NCBI GenBank assembly: GCA_965261985.1
Contig: OZ253490.1
Coordinates: forward strand, 3,730,631 to 3,794,630
DNA length: 64,000 nucleotides
Reading direction: 5' to 3'
DNA from: Alphaproteobacteria bacterium
GTDB taxonomy: Bacteria; Pseudomonadota; Alphaproteobacteria; Bin95
Part shown: one piece after another, positions 46,407 through 56,066 of the stretch
How positions within the stretch are numbered: the stretch's first letter is position 1
How the letters are laid out: each line of letters begins with the position of its first letter
Notes under the pieces: generated by a model
Database searches by the model: none
Told to the model about the DNA's origin: nothing
Seen by the model: only the letters and a program-made list of their open reading frames with translations
Position numbers and translations under genes: made by a program

Positions 46407-48196
46407 TCAGACGATCATTTTCCGAACGCCTCCGGGTGCGGGATCGAGTGCGAGCGCGCGATAGATTTCCAGTTGCCCGGGTTCGGCGCGTGTGGCCTTT
46501 CGGACGTGGAGGGTACGCCCGTCCTTGCGCTGGAAGGTTGCGGTGACGCGCTGCTGTCCTTCGAGGATAGCTCTGAGGCTGGCCCAGCTGGCGTGCTCGC
46601 CCTGCTCGGCGAGGCGGCGACGGATGGTCTGCACCATCTGGTAGGCGATCACGGTGATGAACAGGTGGCCGTCGGAGCGCCTCTGGGTCTGGTGGAAGAT
46701 AGGGCGCAGACCGAGTTCGGACTTGAGCGAGCGGAACACGGCCTCGACGTCGGTGAGCGAGGTATAGGTCCGCCACAGCGCCTCCTCGTCCCAGTCCTCG
46801 ACATTGGTGCGCAGGCAGTAGACGCCGGGATGGGTGATCATGGAACCGGCGAGCGGACGGCGCTTCCAGGTGACGGCGCGCGCCTTCTCGCCGCTGTCGT
46901 CGGCGATGACGTCGATGTCGTAGTGCGCGCCGGCGCCGCGGCTCTTCTCCTCGATGCGGCCGAGGCGCTGCCAGACCCGGTCGAGCCTCTTGCGGGTGCG
47001 CGGCCGCCCGAGGCCGTCGTGGAGCTTCTTCAACTCGCCCTCGAAGCGCGCGGCGAAGCGCTCCGCGATGCCCTGCTCCTTCTTCGCCCGCGCCTCGGAG
47101 TAGCAGTAGAGGCGCGTCTCCCCGCTGTCGGGGTCGACGACCTTGTGGACATGGACCGTGCGGCGCGAGCGGGTCTCGATGGCCTGCGCCAGTTCGGGGT
47201 CGAAGCGGCGGGTGCGTTCCCGGCTGACCGCCAGATAGCGGGTGCCGTTCCCGCGCAGCCAGGCGATGTTGGCCTCGGTGGCGATGCCCGCGTCCATCAC
47301 TACCAGCGCGTCCGCCGGCGCGCCCAGGGCCTCGAGCATCGACGCCAGGGTCCAGTCTTCATTGACCGCGCCGGAGAACACCTCGGAGCGGCGCACGAAG
47401 CCCGAGCCGTCGAGCACCAGCCCCAGGGTCAGCAGCGGGCAATCCGAACGCTTCTCCTTGGAGTGGCCGCGCTCGGCCTTGCTCTGGGCCGCCGCCTCGC
47501 CCTCGAAGAAGGTGTTGGTCAGGTCGTAGAGCGTCACCGTGCGGCGCAGCCCGAACAGATCCGTCGCCCGGTCGAACAGATGCGCCTCGATCGTCGCGCG
47601 GTGCGACATCAGGGCATCGGAGGCGCGGTAGAGGCGCATCGTGCTCATGCGCTCGAAGTCCACGCCCAGCAACTCGCCGAGCGACGAACGCTCGCACAGC
47701 CAGCGCCAGGAGGCGCGCTCCGAACCCGGCCATGCGCGCAACGATGCTGGCCATGGCGAGCGCGCGCTGCGGGCCGTTGAAGCCCAGTCGCTCCAGAAGC
47801 CCTTCCAGGCAATGCTCCTCCATCGCCCACAGACCGACATGCTCGACCCCCGCCGAGCGCGGGCGGATCAGCTCCAGCGTGCCGACATCCACCGTCTGCA
47901 GGTCGGCGCCGCCGCCGGACGGCGCGCCGTTGACCAACTGCGCGACAAGGCGCTGGGCATGCCTCTCAACCTCTGCCGGACAGGACAGCGCCTCCAGATC
48001 GCTCTGGCGGTCGAGCAACTGCCGGATGCGGGCGCACAGAACCGACCAGTGATGGCGTTCGAGCGGGAAGTCGCTGCCGAGGTTGAGCAGTGTGCGCTGC
48101 CGGACCTTCTCGCCTGTGCGCTCCGAGCGCACCAGACGATGCGAATAATAGACCTCGCCGCCCGCGCCGGTGCGGGTTCTGGTGCGCCGGATGAAC
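46407..48196 (-). pseudogene. IS1634-family (IS4-like DDE) transposase split by a frameshift near 47750
   Basis: The N-terminal part (48196 to about 47750) reads MFIRRTRTRTGAGGEVYYSHRLVRSERTGEKVRQRTLLNLGSDFPLERHHW... The C-terminal part continues in another frame: ...TVTLYDLTNTFFEGEAAAQSKAERGHSKEKRSDCPLLTLGLVLDGSGFVRRSEVFSGAVNE...YLAVSRERT. A direct repeat, ggcactacat, lies at 46359 and 48265. Confidence 0.75.
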
Positions 48197-48350
48197 ATGG
48201 CGCACAGCATAGGGACGGGCGCAAGAGCCTGGAACCCCAATGCAAAAATATTATGGCACTACATCGCCGGCCCGAAAACCTCAATCCAGCAATATCAAAA
48301 GCTTGTCAGACAAGCCGCCCTCAATATCGACCGAACCCGCTGCACAAACG

Positions 48351-49538
48351 TTAAACTTGGGCTAACGCCAGCACCTCGGCAGTCTCGTTCAGCAACACGG
48401 CTACAGGTTGGGACAGCCCCGGCTGAACGCCTTCCGGCCAAGCCAGATCGAAAATGGCCTTTTGTTCGCCCGACTGCGGGTCCGCATAGTCGAACGCCAG
48501 TACACCGCGCGCCAGACCTCTATGTTCGGTCCAGTCGTTCAGCATCTCCAGTTGCCGTTCTTCGAGCTCGCTGGAAATACCGCCTACCGGTTTCGGTGCC
48601 GGGTCGCGGTCCGGACGCTCCTGCATGACGAGCCACCGCGTATCACCGTGAAGCAGTTCTTCTAGACGCCGGTTGGCCGCCGCTGCCAGCAGACGCCGCC
48701 GGGCTTCAAGAAACTCCGGATAACGGTCTATTTTCCAGAGTGCCGGGTCCTCCGGTATCCATTGAGACGCCAACGCACCCGGGTGGTTCCGCTCAACTTC
48801 AGCGAAATAATCCTCCGGAAAGCGGTTGCTTATGTCGATATTCGTATCCTTGGTCAGGAAACAGAAATTGGCGAGTGCATTAACTTCCGCCCTGGCGTAA
48901 TTCGCCTCGTAGAGTCGGGACTTGGGAAAGATATGATGGAACTCCAGCCGATTCATAGGACCGAGCATATCCGCCTTTAGCCGGAGGCCAGTGCCCCAAT
49001 CCTTGGCTTCCCCCATGCGCGAGAGCATGTAAAGAATCGGATAGAAGCGCGCGCCAAGACTCCAACCGGAAAAATGATCTGGCCTTATGGCGAGATCGCC
49101 ATGCCACAAGCGCAACGTCCCAAGCAGGCCATCGAGGCCATTCTGTTCGAGAGCTTCGATATCTTGGTCGATCGCCGTCTCGGTGGACGAGGAATATCTG
49201 CCCCACATACCGGCTTGCACAAACCAGAACAAGAGCTTGTCCCGTTCTTTGGCATCAAGGGTACCTGCCCTGTCCAAATGACGTACCATGACCGGCACAG
49301 CGAAACGGCCGAAAAACACACGACCGTGGTCCAGACCGAGACGGCCCGCAACCGCATTCAGGACGGTATCGATATGCCTTTCAGCAAGTTTCAAACTGTT
49401 CTGAACCGACTCCGCATCCTTGTCATGGAGATGGACGAATTTGGCCTTCCCGGTCAGCACCGTATTGATCGAGCGTAACAGCCAATCCATGGCAAAGTCA
49501 TAGCCCGCATCCGACCATTTCGCCAACATATCCTTCAT
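48351..49538 (-). CDS. DUF1524 (His-Me finger/HNH-like, GmrD-like) nuclease-domain protein; C-terminal partner of a GmrSD-type type IV restriction module
   Basis: ...GPMNRLEFHHIFPKSRLYEANYARAEVNALANFCFLTKDTN is the DUF1524 signature. This region is about 45-55% GC against a roughly 68% background. Confidence 0.7.
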   Translation of the reverse strand: MKDMLAKWSDAGYDFAMDWLLRSINTVLTGKAKFVHLHDKDAESVQNSLKLAERHIDTVLNAVAGRLGLDHGRVFFGRFAVPVMVRHLDRAGTLDAKERDKLLFWFVQAGMWGRYSSSTETAIDQDIEALEQNGLDGLLGTLRLWHGDLAIRPDHFSGWSLGARFYPILYMLSRMGEAKDWGTGLRLKADMLGPMNRLEFHHIFPKSRLYEANYARAEVNALANFCFLTKDTNIDISNRFPEDYFAEVERNHPGALASQWIPEDPALWKIDRYPEFLEARRRLLAAAANRRLEELLHGDTRWLVMQERPDRDPAPKPVGGISSELEERQLEMLNDWTEHRGLARGVLAFDYADPQSGEQKAIFDLAWPEGVQPGLSQPVAVLLNETAEVLALAQV

Positions 49539-50199
49539 TGTAGAACGGGCATTCGGTGCATATTCTTGCCAAGGCTAAATCGCCTTTGGAAAGCTTCGTG
49601 CCACCGCTATTCACCCGATTGAATATATCGACGACAATATCCAAGGTCTTATCTTGTCCGGTTACCTCCTCGACGTATAGAACCGCATTCTGGATTCCAT
49701 GGCGGTCGTTTAGCCGATTCAAGAATTCTTCAAATCGATCAGAATATTCCGGTACTTTCATAATTTCCTTCATGAATACTGCGACGTTCTCTTGCGTTAA
49801 TTTAGTCACATCTATCCACAAAGGATCATTCTGCATTAATGCATGTTTGTAGAATGAGAATTCTTCCCGATCCAGATGAAAATGCAATCCGGTAAATACC
49901 TGCGGATCGCCATCGAAAAAGTCGGGAGCCTTGCCTCGTACAACGCCGTAGATCGAGGTCATGCGTTGCTGACCGTCCAGCAGCAGCTTGGCGATTCCGG
50001 CGACAGACGGGCCGTCGCCCCGGTGCGGCGCAGCGCCCGACTCTGTCGCCCAGACCAAAAGCCCGCCAACGGGATGGCGGCGATACAGAGATGAGAACAA
50101 GCCACGCACCTGGTCGCGGCTCCAGACATAACCCCGCTGGAATTCAGGCAACGCGATATGCCCGCTGTCGATGTGGTCGAGGATCGTCGAGACCTTCAT
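49498..50199 (-). CDS. DUF262 (ParB-like NTPase, GmrS-like) domain protein; N-terminal partner of the GmrSD-type module, overlapping the downstream ORF by 41 nt in a different frame
   Basis: MKVSTILDHIDSGHIALPEFQRGYVWSRDQVRGLFSSLYRRHPVGGLLVW...LLLDGQQRMTSIYGV is the DUF262 DGQQR motif. The region is low GC. Confidence 0.7.
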   Translation of the reverse strand: MKVSTILDHIDSGHIALPEFQRGYVWSRDQVRGLFSSLYRRHPVGGLLVWATESGAAPHRGDGPSVAGIAKLLLDGQQRMTSIYGVVRGKAPDFFDGDPQVFTGLHFHLDREEFSFYKHALMQNDPLWIDVTKLTQENVAVFMKEIMKVPEYSDRFEEFLNRLNDRHGIQNAVLYVEEVTGQDKTLDIVVDIFNRVNSGGTKLSKGDLALARICTECPFYNEGYVGEMVGCGL

Positions 50200-50230
50200 C
50201 GGTTTCCCCCAATGCTGCGGCTTTTCTTCA

Positions 50231-52657
50231 TCAACCCCGCATCGCCGCACCTGCCGGGTCGAAGAGCGGCTGTGTCTGCAGGCGGGCGGGGCGGCGGTCG
50301 CCGAGGATTTCGATTTCCCAGCCCTCCTCTTCCTCCGCCAGCGCCTTCGGCACATAGCCGCAGGCGACGGAGACGCCGGACCAGTGGGCGTAGCCGCCGG
50401 AGGTGACGGCGCCGACGACCTCGCCGCCGCGCCAGACAGGCTCGTCGGCCATGGCATCGGCGTCCACCGCCTCGACGGAAAAGAAGCAGAGCCGGACGGC
50501 GCCGCCCGAGTCCCGCTCGCGGAGCGCGGCCTGCTTGCCGATGAAATCCGCCGCCTTGCCATAGGCGATGAAGCGGTCGAGCCGCGCCTCCACCGGGCTG
50601 TAGAGCGGGCGGTATTCCATGGCCCAGGAACCGTATTGCTTCTCGACGCGCAGGCCGTTCAGCGCCCGGCTGCCGAAGGGGCGGATACCGTGCGCCTCGC
50701 CGGCCTCCAGCAGCAGGTCGAGCAACAGGCGCTGGTAGTCCGGCGCGACCCAGATTTCGTAGCCCAGGCCGCCCGTATAGCTCACCCGGCCGACCAGGGC
50801 GGGCGCCGCGCCGAGCGTCATGGGGCGCACATCCATGAAGCGGAACGCCTCGGCCGAGACATCCTCGCGGACAACCGCCGCCAGCACATCGCCCGCCTTC
50901 GGGCCGGCCAGCGCGAGGCCGGTGAGGGCCGAGCCAAGCGGCGTCACCGCAACCGAGCCGTCCGCCGGCAGGTGCCGGGCGAACCAGCGCATATGGTATT
51001 CCTCGGCCGGCCCCGAGCCGACCAGCCTCCGCACCCCGCCGCCGAGGTTGGCGAGCGTGAAGTCGCCGATGAGCTTGCCGGCCTCGTTCAGCATGGGCGC
51101 CATGCCCATGCGCCCTTCGCGCGGCAGGCGGCCCGCCAGAACCCGGTCGAGCCAAGCTTCCGCGCCCGGCCCCGTCACATCGTATTTGGCGAAGCCGCTG
51201 GTCTCCGCGAGCCCGACGCCCTCGCGCACGGTCCGGCATTCCTCGCCGACAGGGCCGAAATCGGTCGAACGGTGGAAGGAGAGCCGGTCCTCCACGCCGG
51301 GCGGCGCGTACCAGAGCGGCTGCTCCAGCCCCCAGGCATCGCCGAACACCGCACCCATCGCCGCAAGCCGGTCATGGACCGGCGTCGTGCGGAGCGGCCG
51401 CGCCGCCGGCAGTTCCTCGTTCGGGAAGCGGATCGAGAAGCGGCGGGAATAGTTCTCGCGGACCTTGGCGTCGGTGTAGGCGGGCGTCGCCCAGGCGCCG
51501 AAGCGGGCCACGTCCATCGCGTGGATATCGAAGCCGGGGTCGCCATCGACGATCCAGTTGGCGAGCGCGAGGCCGACGCCGCCGCCCTGGCTGAAACCCG
51601 CCATCACGGCGCAGGCGCACCAGAAGCCCGGCAGGTCCCGCACCGGCCCGACCAGCGGATTGCCGTCCGGCGCGAAACAGAACGGCCCGTTGATGACCCG
51701 CTTGATGCCGGCCTCCTTGAAGGCCGGGAAATGCTCGAACCCGACCTCCAGCGAAGGCGCGATGCGGTCGAGGTCGGCCGGCAGCAGCTCATGGCCGAAA
51801 TCCCAGGGCGTGCTTACCGGAGACCAGGGCTTGCACGCCTTCTCATAGGTCCCCATCAACATGCCGCGCCCTTCCTGGCGCAGATAGATCTCGCCCTCGA
51901 AATCGACGACATGCAGCATCTCGCCGCCCGTGTCGCGGTTGAAGGCCTCCACCTCCGGCATGTCGTCGGTGATGAGATACATGTGCTCCATCGCCAGGAT
52001 CGGCAGTTCGAGGCCGACCATGCGCCCGACCTCCCGCGCCCAGAGGCCGCCCGCATTGACGACATGCCCGGCGCGGATTTCCCCCTTGTCGGTTGTCACC
52101 AGCCAGCCGCCGCCGGGCAGGGGCGCCAGCGCCTCGACCTTCGTGAAGCGGTAGATTTCCGCGCCCTGCTTGCGCGCCGCCCCGGCATAGGCATGCGTCG
52201 CGCCGGAAGGATCGACATGGCCGTCGCTGGGGTTCCAGAGCGCGCCGACGAACTGCCGGGGATCGAGCAGCGGCATGTTCGCATGGGCTTCCTCGGCGGT
52301 GACGATCTCGGTCTCCAGGCCGAGATAGCGCCCGCGCGCATGGGCCATCTTCAGCCATTCCATGCGCTCCGGCGTGCCGGCCAGCATGTAGCCGCCCGAC
52401 ATATGGAGGCCTACCGACTGCCCTGACGCCGCCTCGATCTCCGGGTAGAGGTCGATGGTGTATTTCTGCAGCATGGCGACATTCGGGTCGCCATTGATGG
52501 TGTGCATGCCGCCGGCGGCGTGCCAGCTGGAGCCGGAGGTAAGCTCGTCGCGCTCGACCAGCACGATATCGCGCCAGCCGCGTTTCGTCAGGTGGTAGAG
52601 CACGGACGCCCCGACCACCCCGCCGCCGACAACGACGACCTCGGCATGGGTCTTCAT
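50231..52657 (-). CDS. Dimethylglycine/sarcosine dehydrogenase family protein (FAD oxidase domain plus GcvT-like folate-binding domain)
   Basis: MKTHAEVVVVGGGVVGASVLYHL is the FAD dinucleotide fold. The C-terminal aminomethyltransferase-like domain includes ...GSRALNGLRVEKQYGSWAMEY...; the length is 808 aa. Confidence 0.88.
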   Translation of the reverse strand: MKTHAEVVVVGGGVVGASVLYHLTKRGWRDIVLVERDELTSGSSWHAAGGMHTINGDPNVAMLQKYTIDLYPEIEAASGQSVGLHMSGGYMLAGTPERMEWLKMAHARGRYLGLETEIVTAEEAHANMPLLDPRQFVGALWNPSDGHVDPSGATHAYAGAARKQGAEIYRFTKVEALAPLPGGGWLVTTDKGEIRAGHVVNAGGLWAREVGRMVGLELPILAMEHMYLITDDMPEVEAFNRDTGGEMLHVVDFEGEIYLRQEGRGMLMGTYEKACKPWSPVSTPWDFGHELLPADLDRIAPSLEVGFEHFPAFKEAGIKRVINGPFCFAPDGNPLVGPVRDLPGFWCACAVMAGFSQGGGVGLALANWIVDGDPGFDIHAMDVARFGAWATPAYTDAKVRENYSRRFSIRFPNEELPAARPLRTTPVHDRLAAMGAVFGDAWGLEQPLWYAPPGVEDRLSFHRSTDFGPVGEECRTVREGVGLAETSGFAKYDVTGPGAEAWLDRVLAGRLPREGRMGMAPMLNEAGKLIGDFTLANLGGGVRRLVGSGPAEEYHMRWFARHLPADGSVAVTPLGSALTGLALAGPKAGDVLAAVVREDVSAEAFRFMDVRPMTLGAAPALVGRVSYTGGLGYEIWVAPDYQRLLLDLLLEAGEAHGIRPFGSRALNGLRVEKQYGSWAMEYRPLYSPVEARLDRFIAYGKAADFIGKQAALRERDSGGAVRLCFFSVEAVDADAMADEPVWRGGEVVGAVTSGGYAHWSGVSVACGYVPKALAEEEEGWEIEILGDRRPARLQTQPLFDPAGAAMRG

Positions 52658-53529
52658 GCTACGTCCCTCCCCGTCCCGTTCGCGCGCTCCTCAGCGAAGG
52701 CGGCCAGCCGGTCTATGAGTTGCGCGAGATCGCCCTGCACCGATGCGAAATCCGGGCTGAGGCGGCGCGTCGCCTCGTCGACATAAAGGTCCTTGTTGAT
52801 CTCGATCTGGAGGCTGTGGCGGCCGGCATCGGGAGCGGAGAAAGCGCGGATCAGCTCGACGCCCTTGAAGATGTGGTTGGTCCGCACCTTGTAGCCGAGC
52901 GCATCCAAGGTTTCGGCGGCAACCGCCGTGAAGTCCGCCTCGCAGGTCGTGCCGTCGCGGTCGCCGAGCACCATGTCCGGCCGCCGCGTCATGTCCTCCC
53001 GGCTGCGCGAGCCCATGGAGTGGCAGTTCAGGTGATAGACCGCGCCGAAGCGCTCCAGCAGCCGGCCCTGCGCCTCGCCGAGCGCGCGGTGGTAGGGCGC
53101 GTGGTAGCGTTCGATGCGCTCCTGCACTTCCTCGACGGCGAGCCGGCGGCTGTAGAGCGCCCGGTCGTCGTCCCCGATGGTGCGCCGGATCAGCCCGTTT
53201 CCGCGCCGGGTCTTCTCTGTCGGCGAGAGCGGGCCGGGCCAGCACCCGTCCAGAAGGCAGGCGTCGATATCGTCCTCTGCGCGGTTCGGGTCGATATAGG
53301 TGCGCGGGAAATGCGCCTTCAGGAGCGCGGCGCCCAGCTTCGGCCCTTCGCCGAACAGCGCATCGACGGCCGTGTCCACCGCGTCCAGCAGCATCTCCCG
53401 ATCGACCGCGGCACCGAAATCGGGCGGATAGTCGGTGCCGCTATGGGGCGAGTCGAGCAGCAGCGGACGCGCCGGGCCGGTCGGCCCCAGCATCGTCAGC
53501 ACCCCCGGCAGCGTGTAGGTCGGAATCAA
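52654..53529 (-). CDS. N-formylglutamate amidohydrolase family protein
   Basis: LLDSPHSGTDYPPDF...HFPRTYIDPNRAEDD...YHLNCHSM. Confidence 0.82.
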   Translation of the reverse strand: MIPTYTLPGVLTMLGPTGPARPLLLDSPHSGTDYPPDFGAAVDREMLLDAVDTAVDALFGEGPKLGAALLKAHFPRTYIDPNRAEDDIDACLLDGCWPGPLSPTEKTRRGNGLIRRTIGDDDRALYSRRLAVEEVQERIERYHAPYHRALGEAQGRLLERFGAVYHLNCHSMGSRSREDMTRRPDMVLGDRDGTTCEADFTAVAAETLDALGYKVRTNHIFKGVELIRAFSAPDAGRHSLQIEINKDLYVDEATRRLSPDFASVQGDLAQLIDRLAAFAEERANGTGRDVA

Positions 53530-53566
53530 CGGCTGGCGTCCCTTCGGCGAAGCGCGGGCGGGCGGG

Positions 53567-54574
53567 TCATGGCTCGGGTATGCCCTTCGTCGTCGAGTAT
53601 TCCCAATGCAGCACCTCGTCCGGGAAGACGCGCGGATGGATATCGTGGGCCGCCGCCGCCGCCTCGGCGAAACCGGTCAGGATCAGCTTCAGCTTGCCCT
53701 TGTAGGTCGCGATATCGCCGATGGCGTAGATGCCGTCGCGGTCGGTCATCGAGGTCGCCGGGTCGATGGCGATATGGTTGCGGTCGAGGCCGAGCCCCCA
53801 TTCGGCGATGGGGCCGAGATTCATCGCGAGCCCGTAGAAGGGCAGCAGGACATCGGCTTCGAGGCGGCGCATCTCGCCCTTCAGGGTCTTTACCTGCACT
53901 GCCTCAAGCCGGCCGTCGGCGCCTTCCAGCCCATCCAGATGGTAGGGGATCACGCATTCCAGCTTCCCCTCCCCCTCCAGCGCCTTCATGCGCTGAACGC
54001 TCTCCGGGGCAGCGCGAAACCGGGGGCGCCGATGCACGACCGCAACCGATGCCGCGACTTCCGAGAGCGACAAGGCCCAGTCCACCGCGCTGTCGCCGCC
54101 GCCGCCGATCACCACGCGCTTGCCGCGAAAGTCCTCGCGCCGGCGCACGGCATAGAAGACGCTCTTGCCTTCATAGGCGGCCAGGCCTTCGAGCGGCGGC
54201 CGGTTGGGGCCGAACGCGCCGGCCCCAGCCGCAATGACCACCGCCTTGCAGCGAATCGCAGCGCCCTTCGAGGTCTCGACCCGCCATCCGTCTTCCAGCG
54301 GCGTCAGCGCCTCGACCCGCTGGTCGAGGTGATAGACGGGCGAAAAGGGCGCCGCCTGCTCTTCCAGCCGGGCCACCAGGTCGCCCGCGTCCACCCTCGG
54401 GAAGCCGGGAATGTCGTAGATCGGCTTTTCCGGATAGAGCGCCGTGCACTGGCCGCCGATGGCCTCCAGCGAGTCCACGACATGGGCGCGTATCCTGAGC
54501 ATGCCGAGTTCGAACACGGCGAATAGGCCGACCGGCCCCGCCCCGACGATCACCGCATCGGTCTCGTGTTCCAT
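53567..54574 (-). CDS. Ferredoxin--NADP(+) reductase (thioredoxin-reductase-like type)
   Basis: MEHETDAVIVGAGPVGLFAVFELGM...GKRVVIGGGGDSAVDWAL...GIYAIGDIATYKGKLKLI. Confidence 0.85.
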   Translation of the reverse strand: MEHETDAVIVGAGPVGLFAVFELGMLRIRAHVVDSLEAIGGQCTALYPEKPIYDIPGFPRVDAGDLVARLEEQAAPFSPVYHLDQRVEALTPLEDGWRVETSKGAAIRCKAVVIAAGAGAFGPNRPPLEGLAAYEGKSVFYAVRRREDFRGKRVVIGGGGDSAVDWALSLSEVAASVAVVHRRPRFRAAPESVQRMKALEGEGKLECVIPYHLDGLEGADGRLEAVQVKTLKGEMRRLEADVLLPFYGLAMNLGPIAEWGLGLDRNHIAIDPATSMTDRDGIYAIGDIATYKGKLKLILTGFAEAAAAAHDIHPRVFPDEVLHWEYSTTKGIPEP

Positions 54575-54651
54575 GCATGCTCCGGGATTGGAGGGCGCCG
54601 CAGCGCCCACTATCATGGAAGCCGCATCCAGCCCGATCAAGTCCTGCCGCC

Positions 54652-55092
54652 ATGCTCCCAGAAGCCGTCGATCTGCCCGACCTTGCCGCGACCGGTCGGC
54701 TCGCCCGGCGGGTTGCGGCCTCGCTGCAGACGGGCGACGCCGTGGGGCTGATCGGCAGCATCGGCGTTGGCAAGACGGCGTTTGCGCGCGCGCTTATCCA
54801 GGGCCGCCAGCGGGACGCCGGCCTCAAGCCCGAAATCGTGCCGAGCCCGACCTTCACGCTGGTGCAGGTCTATGAGGTTCCCGCGCCGCCGGTCTGGCAT
54901 TTCGACTGTTACCGGCTCGCCGCACCCGAGGAAGCGGTGGAACTGGGACTGGAACAGGCGCTCGGCGAGGGCGTGGCGCTGGTCGAGTGGCCGGAGCGCC
55001 TCGGCGGCTTCCTGCCGGCCAGGCGGCTCGATATCGCCTTCGAGATCGTCTGCGGCGAAGCGAGGCGCGCGCGGATCGAGGACCGCCGGTGA
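54652..55092 (+). CDS. tsaE: tRNA threonylcarbamoyladenosine biosynthesis ATPase TsaE
   Basis: LIGSIGVGKTAFARALI P-loop, ...SPTFTLVQVYE...HFDCYRL. 146 aa. Confidence 0.85.
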   Translation: MLPEAVDLPDLAATGRLARRVAASLQTGDAVGLIGSIGVGKTAFARALIQGRQRDAGLKPEIVPSPTFTLVQVYEVPAPPVWHFDCYRLAAPEEAVELGLEQALGEGVALVEWPERLGGFLPARRLDIAFEIVCGEARRARIEDRR

Positions 55093-56066
55093 GCCGGGAC
55101 GCCGCCATCTCGGCCTTTCTCGCGGAAGCCGGCTGGGAGGACGCCCGGCGCGAGCCCCTGGCGGGCGACGCCTCCTTCCGTCGCTATGTCCGGCTGAGGC
55201 GGAACGGCGAGACCGCCATGCTGATGGACGCGCCGCCGCCCGAGGAGGATGTACGCCCCTTCATGGCGGTGGCGGCGCGGCTCAGGGAACTCGATCTTTC
55301 CGCGCCGCAGGTCTTTCGGGCCGATCCCGCGTATGGCCTGCTACTGCTGGAGGATTTCGGCGACGACACCTTCACCCGGCTGCTGGAACGCGGCGAGAGC
55401 GAGCACACCCTCTACATGCTGGCAACCGACGCGCTGACCGCCCTGCAGCGCCGCCCCGATGCGGCCGCGGGCTTTCCGCCGTTCGGCATGGACAGGTTCC
55501 TGGCGGGCGCCGAACTCTTCCTGGACTGGTATCTGCCGGCCGCCATCGACCCGACGCCCGATCGGGAGGGTTTCCGCGCCGCCATGCGGCAGGTGCTGGC
55601 GCCTGTGCTGGCCGGGCCGCAAACCCTGATGCTGCGCGACTTCCATGTGGACAATTTGATCCGGCTCGACGGGCGCTGCGGCGCGGCGTCCTGCGGCCTG
55701 CTCGACTTCCAGGACGCCGCCGGCGGCCCGCCGGCCTACGACCTCGCCTCGCTGATCGAGGATGCGCGGCGCGATGTGGAAGAGAGCGTGCGCATGGCGG
55801 TGCTCGCGCGCTACCGCGCGGCCTTTCCGGGCGCGATGGACCTGGAGCGCGATGTCGCGGTCCTCGGCGCCCAACGCCATATCCGCGTGCTCGGAACCTT
55901 CATGCGCCTGGCCCGGCGCGACGGCAAACCCGGCTATAGGCGCCACCTGCCCCGGCTCAGGCGGATGCTGGAGCGCAATCTGGCCCACCCCGCGCTGGAG
56001 CCGCTGGCGGTGTGGTTCCGCCGCAATGTCGCCGCCGATCTCCGCATCCCGCCGGTTGCCGGATGA
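55089..56066 (+). CDS. amgK: Aminoglycoside-phosphotransferase-like kinase (anomeric MurNAc/GlcNAc kinase AmgK-like)
   Basis: LMLRDFHVDNLIRL is the Brenner motif HxDxxxxN, with ...LLDFQDA. A GTG start overlaps the tsaE stop as GTGA, and the gene lies upstream of murU. Confidence 0.8.
   Translation: MSRDAAISAFLAEAGWEDARREPLAGDASFRRYVRLRRNGETAMLMDAPPPEEDVRPFMAVAARLRELDLSAPQVFRADPAYGLLLLEDFGDDTFTRLLERGESEHTLYMLATDALTALQRRPDAAAGFPPFGMDRFLAGAELFLDWYLPAAIDPTPDREGFRAAMRQVLAPVLAGPQTLMLRDFHVDNLIRLDGRCGAASCGLLDFQDAAGGPPAYDLASLIEDARRDVEESVRMAVLARYRAAFPGAMDLERDVAVLGAQRHIRVLGTFMRLARRDGKPGYRRHLPRLRRMLERNLAHPALEPLAVWFRRNVAADLRIPPVAG

Noticed and set aside
50171-52426. 751-aa plus-strand ORF antisense to the dimethylglycine-dehydrogenase-like gene
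   Set aside because: It is an antisense artefact.
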